A DNA stretch of 64,000 bases, taken from contig NC_043001.1 in NCBI RefSeq assembly GCF_006345805.1, positions 6,076,001 through 6,140,000 of the forward strand, in the 5' to 3' direction. Source of the stretch: Octopus sinensis. Lineage: Eukaryota. The translations under genes were made by a program, and so were the position numbers. The notes beneath the pieces are model-generated. The model did not search any database. It was given only the letters and a program-made list of their open reading frames with translations, and had not been told where the DNA came from. Positions within the stretch are counted from its first letter, which is position 1. Each line of letters starts with the position of its first letter. Shown piece by piece: positions 14,112-27,669 of the stretch.

Positions 14112-14280
14112 TAATAATAAATATTAGGGAATAAATCCAAACTTATATAGTGTTATATTAATTATCTTCTTTTAATAATTTTGTTATATATTTATATAAT
14201 ATAAATTAAATAATCTTATGTATTGGCTTAAGTTTTTCATTGTATGATTTGTCTAATAGTGGTTTTGTCTCTAATTTAAT
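14112..14280. mobile_element. Deleted derivative of the 59.1/63.7-kb PLE-like family
   Basis: Begins with AATATTAGGGAATAAATCCAAA (reverse complement of the family end) and contains AATAGTGGTTTTGTCTCTAAT. Flanked by (TA)n. No HHR is retained. Confidence 0.65.
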
Positions 14281-15084
14281 ATAATATATATATATATATA
14301 TATAATATATATATATATATATAAATACATACACATTCATAAATGCATACATATATACACACACACATAAATACTTATATACCAATGATTTTTACAATGT
14401 TCAACGAAGTTTAGTTTTACTGTTAAGAGTATTGTCCTAGCGCTGAGTTTAAGAGTGTTCTTTGTTAATGTTTCAGCTATTTTTTTCCGTTATTCGTAAT
14501 TGTACTGTTTGTAAATTGCACAGTTTGGAAATAAAGACAGTTGCCTATATTCATCCTTTGTTATCTGTTCTGGAAATTGTTCGGTGCGTTGAGTGTTGGG
14601 GGCGCTTCATCGTTTTCTTGTAAATGAAAGAATCATGTGTGGATACTCCAATGTCTCAGAGAAATTAAAGAATTATATATTCATACAGAGTCCCTTATTT
14701 TGAAGTTGCTTTTAAAATGTGGGCGTTAAATAGCCGGAAGCTTTCAAGAGTGTTTTTTTTTTATGACAATCACAAAAAATAAAATATTCTTTCAGGTTTC
14801 TAAAATTACGTGGAAGGAGGATTTCACTTGTAAAGCTGGGTTTGTAATTGTATTTCTTTATCTTCGGTGTTGAAGAATATGTCACACTGCTACCACGGCT
14901 GGAAATTTTCTTTCCGCCCATCTTTTAATGTAAATCCCAACGAAAGTCGTTGTCTGTCCTTGCTATGCCCCCTCCCCTCGATGACACTGTATATAATGAA
15001 AGTCATTATTTCACGAAAACTCTCAGCTTATTTTGCAGATTATGATGGAAAGTGTCAGCTGTCCATAGCGAACTAAGTTGACAC

Positions 15085-15340
15085 TTGTTTACTAGTCATG
15101 CCTGAAGTACCCTACGATGTATTCTTGCTGTTCCAGGAAATGCTGATTTTTGTAGGTATTCTATCATTACATTTGCAACAACTGTTTCTGAGACCTGTTG
15201 CTAATTCAGTGCTGATACTTCGAAGGGAGTCAATTACTATTAGAATCCCGTCTATTCCCTTCAGAGACCAAAACCTTCGTATTTCTCGCCTCAAATCGTA
15301 GAAGTTTAACATGTTTCTTCTTCTTTCTCATTGATCTTCT
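15085..15340 (-). mobile_element. 3' coding end of an RLE-clade LINE
   Basis: Translation gives YDLRREIRRFWSLKGIDGILIVIDSL.. and, after a frameshift, EYLQKSAFPGTARIHRRVL, the typical RLE C-terminus. Confidence 0.7.
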
Positions 15341-15570
15341 TCTCAACGAGTCATGCTGAGTGAGATTATCATGCATGTTCTTTTCTTTCTTTTTTTTTAT
15401 TCACTACCGCAACCTCTGCTTTCCGATGTCTGGTCAGGTGGTCACAATGAATCATTGTTGTACACAGGATTTATTATTATATTTATTATTATATTTATTA
15501 TATATTATTATTATATTTATTATTATATTTATTATTATATTTATTATTATTATTATTTTTATTATTATTA

Positions 15571-15605
<35 letters not shown>

Positions 15606-15668
15606 TATTATTATTATTATTATTATTATCATTACTATTATTATATTAATATTATTATTATTATTATT

Positions 15669-16219
15669 GAGTGGAGAGCAGTTCATGCCATCAAAGTGAC
15701 ACTGGGGTAAAATATACGAAGCCCATATACCCATCATGACTACCCGTCTGATAAGGTACACCAGGCACATGCATCACAACCATATGTGCGCGACATGGTG
15801 ATCTCATATCAAGATAAACAACACATGACCTTGCAGGTGGGGCCCAGTTAGAATTTTCTTCAGGTTGAGTAGCCCATCCTGCTCAAACGGTCCCTGAATA
15901 ATGGTTGCTTTAGGATGTTGAACGAAACACCTATGTTTCCAGAGGTGAACCATTCAAACTCCAAAGAATCCCTCTCAACACATGGCCATGATGCTCCCCC
16001 ACTACTTCTGCTCGTGATCAGAGATGCACATATCGTCAGCCACTAAGGGACATGCTCAACTGGTTAAGGTCAAACAACTGACAAGCAAACCTGTGGTATT
16101 GAGCAGAATATTTGCTGTAGCCCATCTTTTATACCAAGACAAAACAATGTACATGATAACACTTCCAGTCAGTTAAGATCAGAAGCCATGAGAGCCACTG
16201 CCTGGTACTGCATCAGGGC

Positions 16220-16220
<1 letters not shown>
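15669..16220 (-). mobile_element. About 550-bp non-coding interspersed element X inside (ATT)n
   Basis: Bounded by (ATT)n on both sides. A near-identical partial copy lies at 16346-16572 and an end fragment at about 39405-39470. Confidence 0.7.
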
Positions 16221-16254
<34 letters not shown>

Positions 16255-16345
16255 TATTATATTATTATTATTATATTATTATTATTATTATATTATTATT
16301 ATTATCATTACTATTATTATTATTAATATTATTATTATTATTATT

Positions 16346-16572
16346 GAGTGAGAGAGCAGTTCATGCCATCAAAGTGACACTGGGGTAAAATATACGAAGC
16401 CCAATATACCCATCACGACTACCCGTCTGATAAAGGTACACCAGGCACATGCATCACAACCATATGTGCGCGACATGGTGATCTCATATCAAGATAAACA
16501 ACACATGACCTTGCAGGTGGGGCCCAGTTAGAATTTTCTTCAGGTTGAGTAGCCCATCCTGCTCAAACGGTC
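16346..16572 (-). mobile_element. Truncated second copy of element X
   Basis: Near-identical to about 15669-15893. Confidence 0.8.
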
Positions 16573-16691
16573 TAATAATAATAATAATAATGATAATAAT
16601 AATAATAATAATAATAATAATAGTAATAATAATAATAATAATATTAATAATAATAATAGTAATGATAATAATAATAATAATAATAATAATG

Positions 16692-16729
<38 letters not shown>

Positions 16730-16752
16730 TAATTATTATTATTATTATTATT

Positions 16753-16911
16753 CTATGTTTGACTTTTGCTTATATTTGTACAAGTTGGCTCCAAGTCTCA
16801 CCCAGAGACCTCAAGAGACAACAGGGTTGGAAGTTCATGTTGTTGTTATGCCTAGTGTGCCATATATTTGGGGGGTGGGGATGTTGTACTAATGAATGTC
16901 TAAAAAAAAAA

Positions 16912-16942
<31 letters not shown>

Positions 16943-17392
16943 CCGAAAATTATGGTTGTTTTAAACCTTGAGGTTACATAGAGAGTATTTTGCGTAGGAT
17001 ATGAGCAGTTCCCATGAGCACTATCTTTTGAACTTCTGCCATTTTGGGGTTTCCTGGTATCTGAGTTAGGTAGCTATCAGCCCTTTTGCTATCATTCCCA
17101 GGGCACCTATGACAACAGGTATTGTTTTAGTCTTCAGCTTCCACATTTTGCTGATTTCTATTTCAAGATCTTTATATTTGCTCAGTTTTGGTAGGTCCTG
17201 ACAGATACGTTTATATCGATTGGGACAGTCATATCAATGAGGAGGCATGTTCTTTGTTTGAAGTCTTTCAATATGATGTCTGGCCTATTTGCATCTATCT
17301 TCCTGTCAGTTTGAATGGTGAAGTTCCAGAGGAGTGAGATGTGGTCATTTTCAAGCACTGGGGGTGGTTTGTGTTCCCACCAGTTTTTCTCC
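16753..17392 (-). mobile_element. 5'-truncated R4/Dong-like LINE (RLE domain and 3' UTR) inserted in (TAA)n
   Basis: Translation gives KNWWEHKPPPVLENDHISLLWNFTIQTDRKIDANRPDIILKDFKQRTCLLIDMTVPID, a frameshift, then KLSKYKDLEIEISKMWKLKTKTIPVVIGALGMI..QKIVLMGTAHILRKILSM*. (TAA)n lies at both ends. Confidence 0.9.
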
Positions 17393-17452
17393 TATTATTA
17401 TTATTATTATTATTATTATCATTATTATTATTATTATTATTATTATCATTAC

Positions 17453-17498
<46 letters not shown>

Positions 17499-19964
17499 TT
17501 TATAGCACCACTTAGCCTACTGTTGGAAGCCCTTTGGTAACCGTGTGTTTTAGTATTCCTGTTTACCGTTACATTACCTAAATTGGTACCAATATTCAAA
17601 GCCATATACGAGCACTGTTATTCCTGGATGGAGGTGCTCCTATCCTAGCTGTGTTTTTGTTTTATTGTGTACGTGTATGTGATAATATCAATTTGTGCAA
17701 AATGTATTATCCAGGTTGTAACCGCTGAGCTTCGTTCTCATAGTTTTCTTTCCGATATATTTATTCGAAAACACTTTATTTAGTTAGGATCTTTTGCAGG
17801 CAAACAGAATCTGTACACTAATTTTAGGAAAAATAATCAATGCCAGTGTTATTTCTACAATGGTTCGTCTCCGTCACATTTCGCCAAGAGTGCAACGACA
17901 TTTATAATATTCATCCTTGCCTCACTTATTAAATTAGAATAATCGTTAATACTGTCAGAGCTATCACCAATGCACCAACAACAGATTACGTATTTTGCTC
18001 ACACACAACGTTCGAGCTATTATCTCACCTAATAAATCCTTTGCATTCTTTAGTATCACAGAGTCATTAATTACTAACAATCTCAAATATAAATCAAGCC
18101 TACTTTGTTTCATCATATCATCTATATTGTTATCAATCTGGCGCTCCAAGTTCATAAACCATTGTTATTAGACAAGACATTTGTGGGAATGTTGAAGGTA
18201 ATAAACAATTAAACCGCCATGCGTTTGTGATTCTCAATTAACACAATGGCAATACTTAAATTTACCTGGTGAATATATTTTCAATCCCAATTAAAATGTT
18301 ACGATGACTGTGTCAGTATTGCTATTGCAATAGGATTTTTCGCAACTTTATATCCGATGGTATTTACATAATCCTCAGAAACAGCCACATTCTGAACCCA
18401 TTTGAACGCTTACGTTTGTAAAAATAATAAACTATTTTGTCTAGCGATATAATTAACATTTGGTAAAATTTCGCCCACATGTGAGGTTGCGCTTCCTAGC
18501 GGTTACTATTTTTCCACTCACGATTCTAAGATCGTGATTTCGATTCCCAGACGGGAACAAGACACGTCATTGCACGTTTCTCCATTGAATTCTGCTGTAA
18601 ATTAGTAATTCCACGACAGTGGGATACCGTGCAAAGGAAATGGAATTATGTCAGTGACATATTTTCTACAGAACTCAGGTAACAAACCTTGTGACACCTG
18701 GATCTGGAGGCAGTATTTATATTTCAATCTTTCTCACATACCCATTGCCTGAGACCACGACAGCTGCCTTCTAAAATCTGTCAAATATCTTTATACAGGT
18801 CACCGTATCATTTAACAGTTTTCTGTTCTGAGTGTTTCAAATTTCTACCGATTCATCCTGGCCGTTGTCCCATTACGCAGATCATGTAATCAATATTCCC
18901 GTGGCAGATGGTGTAATAATTACTTCTTCATTATACAACATGGCTTAATGACATAAATTGACCTTTAAACGCAAAATAAACTGCTGCTCTTATTGCTATA
19001 AATATCCTTTGTGATAAACCACATTGAGTACTACCTTTGGCACCCTGTGAATTATCTTGTATCTTATAAAGTTAGGTAATATAAGGTGAATGACATCCCC
19101 TTCATCCCCATCAAATTCCTCATTAACAGTTATGATCATCATCGTCATGGTTTTCTCCAACGCCAGCTTCCTCCACCTCATCATCTGCTCTTCGTCTCCA
19201 AGGTCAATTTCGTTCCAAATAATATTATTTATATATTTCAATTGGCATAATGGAAAAAGAGATTATGTTTGATATCACTATTCCATGTATATCGTAGTCA
19301 AATATTATCATTAGTGCCTATTATATACACCTGTACGTTTCACTTGTTGTATGTGGTAAACCACGATCAGGGTTAAGTTCCAACTGCTGTCGTGGTGTGC
19401 TGCGCCAGTAAATTTATTTTCAAACGGGTGAAGAGACAAACATGTAGACATAGAACATCTTTCGATATACTACGATACACTTTCAATATATGTGTTTATT
19501 TTGTTTTAGCTCAATGTAATGCTGAATATATAACAGTGTATACTTTCCAACCACATCTCTTGTTCATGTAACGCATTCTAATGTGTTAAATATCTGGGGA
19601 ATTTCTTGTGGTACATCCTCTTTATGCATGCTCACCTACTACACAATTCTATATTGCCTTTCGCTACTGGCCGCCATATATAAAGGACATGTCTTCATAT
19701 CTAATGTTAGCCAGCAGCAACACGTTCATTTCTTTAAGAATCGATAACCGCATAGAAGTTGACAAGTGCCAAAATATTTGTAACACTCGTCGTCACTGCA
19801 ACACGCGTTTTTACCATCCTAAATCTTATTATGTACTCATAACTGATGTAAGCTGCTCTCCGTTTCTTGCCGCCAAAGACAATTTATTTGTTTCTAAAAT
19901 AGATTTCCACTGGTTCATTCCAGGCGCCCTTTAATCTCGAAATTCCTATATCATCGCTAGTTTT

Positions 19965-20151
19965 AGGTGTGGCTGAGAAGACAGAAGTTAGCTTCGCAAT
20001 CACATGGTGCCGGGGTTGTCTTGACTGATCGGCAAATTGGGCAAATGTTTTCTATTATAGCTTTGGGCTGACCAATATGTAATGAGAGGATATTGTGGAA
20101 GGAAACTGAAAGAAGCCTATCGTATATATATGTGTGTGTGTGTGTATGTGT

Positions 20152-20215
<64 letters not shown>
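19965..20215 (+). mobile_element. tRNA-derived SINE, family B, with (TG)n tail
   Basis: Contains GGTGTGGCTG, TTGGGCAA and GGAAACTGAAAGAAGCC, then a TA/TG tail. Confidence 0.7.
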
Positions 20216-20220
<5 letters not shown>

Positions 20221-20442
20221 CCTTCACTACCATTTCACAACTGGTTTACGTGCGTTTACGTTCCCATAACTGAAACATTCCTAAAAAGGTATGGCTACAA
20301 TTACTACCAGCCCTAACTAAAAGGATCATAAGTATTGCAGTCGATTTGTTCTACTTCAATAGGTAAAGGCGGTGCCTCATCGAGGCCACAGTCTGATGAC
20401 TGTATCAAACGAAAAAGTAAAATTAAAATATTGTTTTATTCT

Positions 20443-20652
20443 CTAGGCTCGAGTCTCGAATGTTTTTCTGGGGCTGGAGGGAGGCAGTCGATTAGATCGA
20501 CCCCAGTACGAAACTGGTATTTAATTTATCGTTTCCCGAAAGCATTAAAGGCAAAGTCGACCTCGGCGGAATTTGAACTCAGAACGTAGCGGCAGGCGAA
20601 ATACCGCTAGGCTTTTCGCCCGGAGTGCTAACGTTTCTGCCAGTTCACCGTC
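20443..20652 (-). mobile_element. tRNA-derived SINE, family A
   Basis: Contains ATCGACCCCAGTACG..GGCAAAGTCGACCTCGGCGGAATTTGAACTCAGAACG..GCTAACGTTTCTGCCAG. Confidence 0.85.
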
Positions 20653-21139
20653 TTTTGCTCAAGGAGTATCAAGAGACAGAATTATGCGCTGTTGTTTAGT
20701 CTTTTGGAGTGAGTGATATTTTGTCGTGAAGACGGTATGTGAAAAGGATTTATTTTCTGTAAAACATATAAACATGAATATTGTCGTTCAATCGACCGTA
20801 ATATCAATTGCTTATATGACAGTCTTCAAAGATTGCTGAGGGAGCTTTATTGTTTTTACTGTTTATTTCAAGTAGTCTTCTATTTGTCTCGTTCTTCAGC
20901 ATTCAGAATTTTATAAGAATAAATTACATTCATGTCTACGTGAGTTTACTAGTAAATTAGAAATGCCAGAGGAACTGAAGACTATGAAAGCAACGCGCAA
21001 TTTCGACATGAATAATGCATTCTCTGGAAAATATATCATCTAAAAAGAGAATTTGAGAATTTGGGATTGAAGGCCTTTAGATTCTGGCGAAGCTAGAAGT
21101 CTAAAGAGATGCAGAAGAGAGACACTACTTCGCATACAT

Positions 21140-21193
21140 AATACATACATATATACATATATACATACATACATACATACATATATACATATA

Positions 21194-21227
<34 letters not shown>

Positions 21228-21315
21228 CATGCATACATACATACATACATACATACATACATACATACATACATACATACATTCATACATACATACATAA
21301 ATACATACATACATA
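21140..21315. repeat. (TACA)n microsatellite
   Basis: Read directly. Confidence 0.95.
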
Positions 21316-21559
21316 GAATAACCAAATACCCGGTAGTATTATCATTATTCTTGCCTAATTTAATTTTAAATTAAATCTTCTGTATATACGTAGATCTATA
21401 TGCATCGAATCATTGGTAGTTATCATAATAATGCTGCCTAACCGTACTTACTCTTCCTTTTGACTCTTTTACTGTTTACTTCATATATACGTATACACCT
21501 ATACACACATACATACACATATGTATATATATAGTTTATGGGTGAAATAGACCTGTGTT

Positions 21560-22720
21560 TAAAAGACTAAATTACCAGGAGAATCTATAAAGTTTTGAAG
21601 GGTTGTGGAGGCGAAGAAAGGTTCGCAATTCTTTTAAACATAATTTACATATACCGATGTTTGCGTTATATGGGGAGGCCTCACATCCTATGGCCCCGGA
21701 TATGATATAAGGAATATGTTGAAATTTAATGTGTACATAAGATATTACCGGAGGTTGATTATTTAGAATTTGTTTGGGGGAAAGTGATCATATGTGCAGA
21801 ATTACAGCGCATCTAATCACATATGTCACCGACGTATACCCTTGATTAGTGTGAGCATGGTTTTATAACAAGGCACTTGTAGACTACATTTTTACGTAGA
21901 AAGAGACATTGAATGGGGCATAGGTGAGAAACCCGACAAGTGCAAGTTTTTCTACTTGCTCTGCAGTTGGAGTTTGCAGCTGAGGAGATCAGACTCCGTT
22001 AGACCATTATTAATGACAGAGGGCAATCTGTATCAGTATTGGATCAGTATGTGTTATTGCTGTTAGTACATGATGTCATGTGGGTAGAATTATGGGACGG
22101 TACCTTGAGTCTGGTTTTAAATAGGCAAGTGTGGTTACTGAGGATTATATTATTGCTGGTAGGTGGGTTAATTTGGGCGGCAGTGTGAGTAATTGGATGT
22201 TCCCATGACTGGCGTTGGAATTTACATCTATTATTGGTTAGTGGAAGCGATTAAGTATCCTCAATTAGGTATGGTAGAGTAGGAATTTTCACGGAAGATT
22301 TATCAAAGATACGGTCATATTTATATTTTGGTGGGAAGATAAGGATTAGGATGAAAAAGATTAGGTAGGCAATTAAGTTGGAGGGTCGAAGGTGGTGCTA
22401 ATCATAAGATCGCCCGCTTCCTGGCCTTAGATTGTTTACAGTGTGTGGTTGTAGCTGGTGTATCTGGGAAGGGAGGTTTGTTGTTGTGTAGTAGGTGTTC
22501 CGAGGTACGGATACCTGTATTTACTGATGTTTTGAAGTTGCATGCGAGGGCTCACGATCGTGATGTGTAGGTTTTCCTTTGTGAGAGTTGTCGGTTTAAC
22601 ATTGAGTGGAAGAACTGTCTCTGGGTTGGGAGTTAATATTCGGAAGGAGATACGCAATTTTAGTGTTAAGCTTAGTATTGCGGATATAGCAGATCTTTTC
22701 ACGGAATCCACTTAGTTCCT
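21560..22720 (-). pseudogene. Decayed Penelope-like element C-terminus (GIY-YIG endonuclease)
   Basis: NVVYKCLV (21890-21867) and RVYVGD (21842-21825) are in one frame with a stop between them. ASPYNANIGICKLCLKE (CKLCLKE at 21649-21629) follows, matching the PLE GIY-YIG and CxLCLxE pattern. Confidence 0.6.
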
Positions 22721-22905
22721 ATTATAGAGCTTGGCATATATTTCCTAAAGGAAAGAGTAAATATTCCTTGTTTTGTCTATATAGATATATATACATGTGT
22801 GCACGAGTGTGTATGTTCATATGTGTGTGTACATATATATATATATATATATGAAAAAAAAAAGTCAAAATAGAAAATACTAAAATAATTTTATAAAGAA
22901 CATTT

Positions 22906-22943
22906 CAGTACCGGTTTCGGTCATTTTGAGACCTTTTCAACTG
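22906..22943 (-). ncRNA. Minimal hammerhead ribozyme with compensatory U3-A8 core (UUGAAAA)
   Basis: Minus strand reads CAG-UUGAAAA-GGUC-UCAAAAU-GACC-GAAA-CCGG-UA-CUG. Helices I and II pair, and ACCGGU is self-complementary. Confidence 0.7.
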
Positions 22944-23007
22944 TAACGATTAAATAATTAAATTTAGAAAAATTAGAAGAAAAGTTTTTTTAAAGGAATA
23001 TTTGTAT

Positions 23008-23150
23008 AATAGTGTTCTGTAATCTTCGAATAAGCTTTCTTTTTTGTAGTTTTGAGAAGCCTCATTTCTTAAGAATTGTATTTAGGATGTGTGTTACATA
23101 TACCAATGACCCAATAATTACAGATATAACTCTGAACTTGTATTTAGGTA
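23008..23150 (-). mobile_element. Diverged second copy of the 3' coding end of the neighbouring RLE LINE
   Basis: Colinear similarity to about 23500-23650. Confidence 0.65.
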
Positions 23151-23429
23151 TGTATGTGAATGTATGTATGTATGTTCTTATTCAGTTTATTTCAAGATTT
23201 CTGGCGAATAGAGAAAGAGCCAGTTTCTAACCTCGAAACAATTCTCCTGCATTGGAATTTCAACATCAATAGAAGGTAATTTTGTGTGTCTGTATGTATG
23301 TATGTATGTAGGCAGGTAGATAGGTAGGTAGGTAGGTAGGTATGCATGTTTAGATATTTGTATGTATGTAAGTGTAGATTTGTATATTTTATGTATATAT
23401 TCTCATGCATATAGTTGCATATCTAAACA

Positions 23430-24780
23430 TGCTCATATATATCTAAATGAGAAACTTCGAGAAAGTTTTACATATTTTTCAGTTCCAGTGATGGATTGGA
23501 TCTGTAGTCTTCGAATTAGCTTTCTCCTTTTTGGTTTTGAGAATCCTAATTTATCAAGATTAGTATTTAGGCAGTGTTTTACATACCCCAGGGCCCCAAT
23601 AATTGCAGGTATAAACATGACCTTTTAATTTGGATAGAGTAACTGCAGATTTTTCAATAGTTCAACGTAGATTTTCTCTTTTTCACTGATCTTCAGCTTT
23701 AGGTTAACATCCGCTGGGCAGCTGATTTCCACAACTGTGCACAGTTTCTCTTCTCTATCCCACATCATTATATCAGGTTTCTTTTTCTTGTATTTTATTA
23801 AGTCTTCACTGTTACATTCTACCAATATTTCTTTGCGTTATGAGTGTCTAGGGCTTCTACCATATTGAGGCTTCTTATGTTGTGTCCTAGGGATTATCCT
23901 TACGACGAATTTCATTATAGCGTGCCCTAGCTACGTCATGTCTAATCTGTAAATAATACCGTGATGACATTTTCGTGTGCGTAATATCTTCAGTGTGAAC
24001 TCCACAAAGTCTGCATCGGTTGTCACATTTTACGGCTTTACCTGCATCTCTATCTCCTTTGTGCATCACATACTTGGTTGATATTTCCTGTTCCAGGATT
24101 GCAAACGCATACCTTTCAAAGTGGGAGATAGCAATCCGGTTGTTCGTCAATGATAAACTGCTTTGATGATCGATGTTACTATCATCACGGAGCTTTCTAG
24201 TAACATATCCATGTATAGTTTTCTACTTATATAGGCTCATCTTTTTATCTAATGATACGTTGCGGTAGAGTCATGTGACTTCTTTGGGCATCTGTTCTAG
24301 GTTATCAGACAATGAGTGTTGCTCAAGGAGCTGCCTTCGAAGAATTAGTATGTTATCAGCAAACTTGTTCAAGGGATGCACATCTACACTTTGTGGTTAA
24401 AGGATGCTGCTGAAGTGATATGATGCAACATTCAAAGACATTTTGCATCAATGTTAAGCCACTTCTGCCTTCATTACGTTTTAGATAAAGGCGGTCTACG
24501 TCCCTGTTTATGTGGAAATTATTCGTACTTGCTAGTATTTATCGGGTTTTCACATCAATGGCTGGGACCTCATGAAGCGTCCAATCAAGCAGCCGAAATG
24601 TTGATATCTGCAAACACATTGTGGGCCAATGTTTTATTGAATGCAGAGAGCTCTGAGGTCGGAACTTTCTTTATTCGACTGTAATATTCTGTAGTGACAC
24701 GGGTTTTGTTACAAGTGCCACTGTAAGATATATATTCCTCCACCCTTAGATACATGTAACATTTCTTGTCAGATACAGGG
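23430..24780 (-). mobile_element. R4/Dong-like LINE remnant: RT C-terminus, zinc knuckle and RLE
   Basis: Translation gives ELSAFNK..DVDRLYLKRNEGRSGL (RT C-terminus), CRLCG..EDITH..RHDVA (knuckle), KPDIMMWDREEKLCTVVEISCPADVN..EKEKIY (RLE) and FIPAIIGALGY. Confidence 0.88.
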
Positions 24781-25680
24781 GAGTATGTATGTATGTATGT
24801 ATGTATGTATGTATGTATGTATGTATGCATGTATGTCACATTAGATCACAGCACCAGTAACAGTTAAGCTTCATGCAATGGCCATACTCGATAACGAGGG
24901 GGCAGCCATAATGCATGTATGTATGTATATATGTATGTGTGTGTATGTATGTATGTTATGTATGTATGTATGTATGTATGTATGTATGAATGAATGAATG
25001 TATGAATGAATGATGGAATGTCTTTGTGTGTCAGAAATGAGGGTACTTCAGCGCAAATATTCACTCAAAATAAAAGAAGCTGGTAAAGTTTTTCTACGAG
25101 TAGTTCTTGATTCTTTCATCAGTGAAGTTCGCCTAATCCCGATCACAAAGTTTTGAAAACTTATCATCTGATCTCCTCGTTGCTGTGTGTGTGCATGCGC
25201 GCGCGCTCTTGCGTGTGTGAGTGTGTTTTTTTTTTTTTGTTATGAGCGTCTATGGATATTTATATATGTTACTATATGAACGTGTGTTTGTAAAATAGGA
25301 GATATTTGATCCCTATACGGCACAGTTTGTATGAACATTTTTCTCGCACTGTATACAACATCTTAGTTTATGATAAAGAGTTTGCGAAGAGCTGATAACA
25401 CTTGCAAATACAAAAGGAAACCTTCAATAAACTTGTGAATAGTATTAACATTTTCTGAAGATTTCCGCCATATTACAAAGTGTGATAAACATCTCCAAAC
25501 ATCTGCGACAGTCTTTTACAGAATTAATTAACCAACATGCAAAGTGATTCCTAAGATAATAAATTGAAGTTTGCTGCAATGCGTTTTACCAAAACCAGAA
25601 AATCATACAAATATAAGGGAAACCGATGAAAGTAATATACATGTAGCATATACATATCAGCGTGTGTTTTAAATATACAT

Positions 25681-25722
<42 letters not shown>

Positions 25723-25967
25723 CTGCACGCGCACAAACACAGGCATATATATATATGAGCGATGGCTAGAAGTATATTGAGTTCTTCACAACCAGCTGAT
25801 CTAGCAAGCGGGGCCTCATATCAGTGAGGGGGGCCGGTGCGCATTGATGCCGTCGAGAGGTAGGCCCCGAAACGGCGCGCATTCTCTCCTGATGACCCAA
25901 TACACTAGCTAGCTTCCGATATACGGAGCTTTTAACTGGTAGCACTTGCATGTGCAAGTTGTTTGCA

Positions 25968-27430
<1,463 letters not shown>

Positions 27431-27669
27431 ATTACTCTGATAAAAAATAGCTTCATTTCTATCGATCAATATTTCAAATATTATGTGAATCATCATAATC
27501 ATTCTCTGAAAATTGATACAATATTTTAGAACCTTATATTGGTGTAAGATATTGTGATAGAGTTTCTCACAACTTAATTTAAAATACATCGCACAGTGTG
27601 TTCACTAAACTTATATGGAAATCGGCGTTTATGAGCTTTCCTTATATTCGTCAACAATTATAGGATCAA

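Noticed and set aside
17964-18155. 63-aa minus-strand ORF with an AG/GTGAGA donor-like site
   Set aside because: No recognisable domain, no good acceptor and no partner exons.
25790-25900. GGGGCCT/AGGCCCC helix followed by GAAAC, with CTGATGA downstream
   Set aside because: The core and helices cannot be placed in register for a type I, II or III hammerhead.
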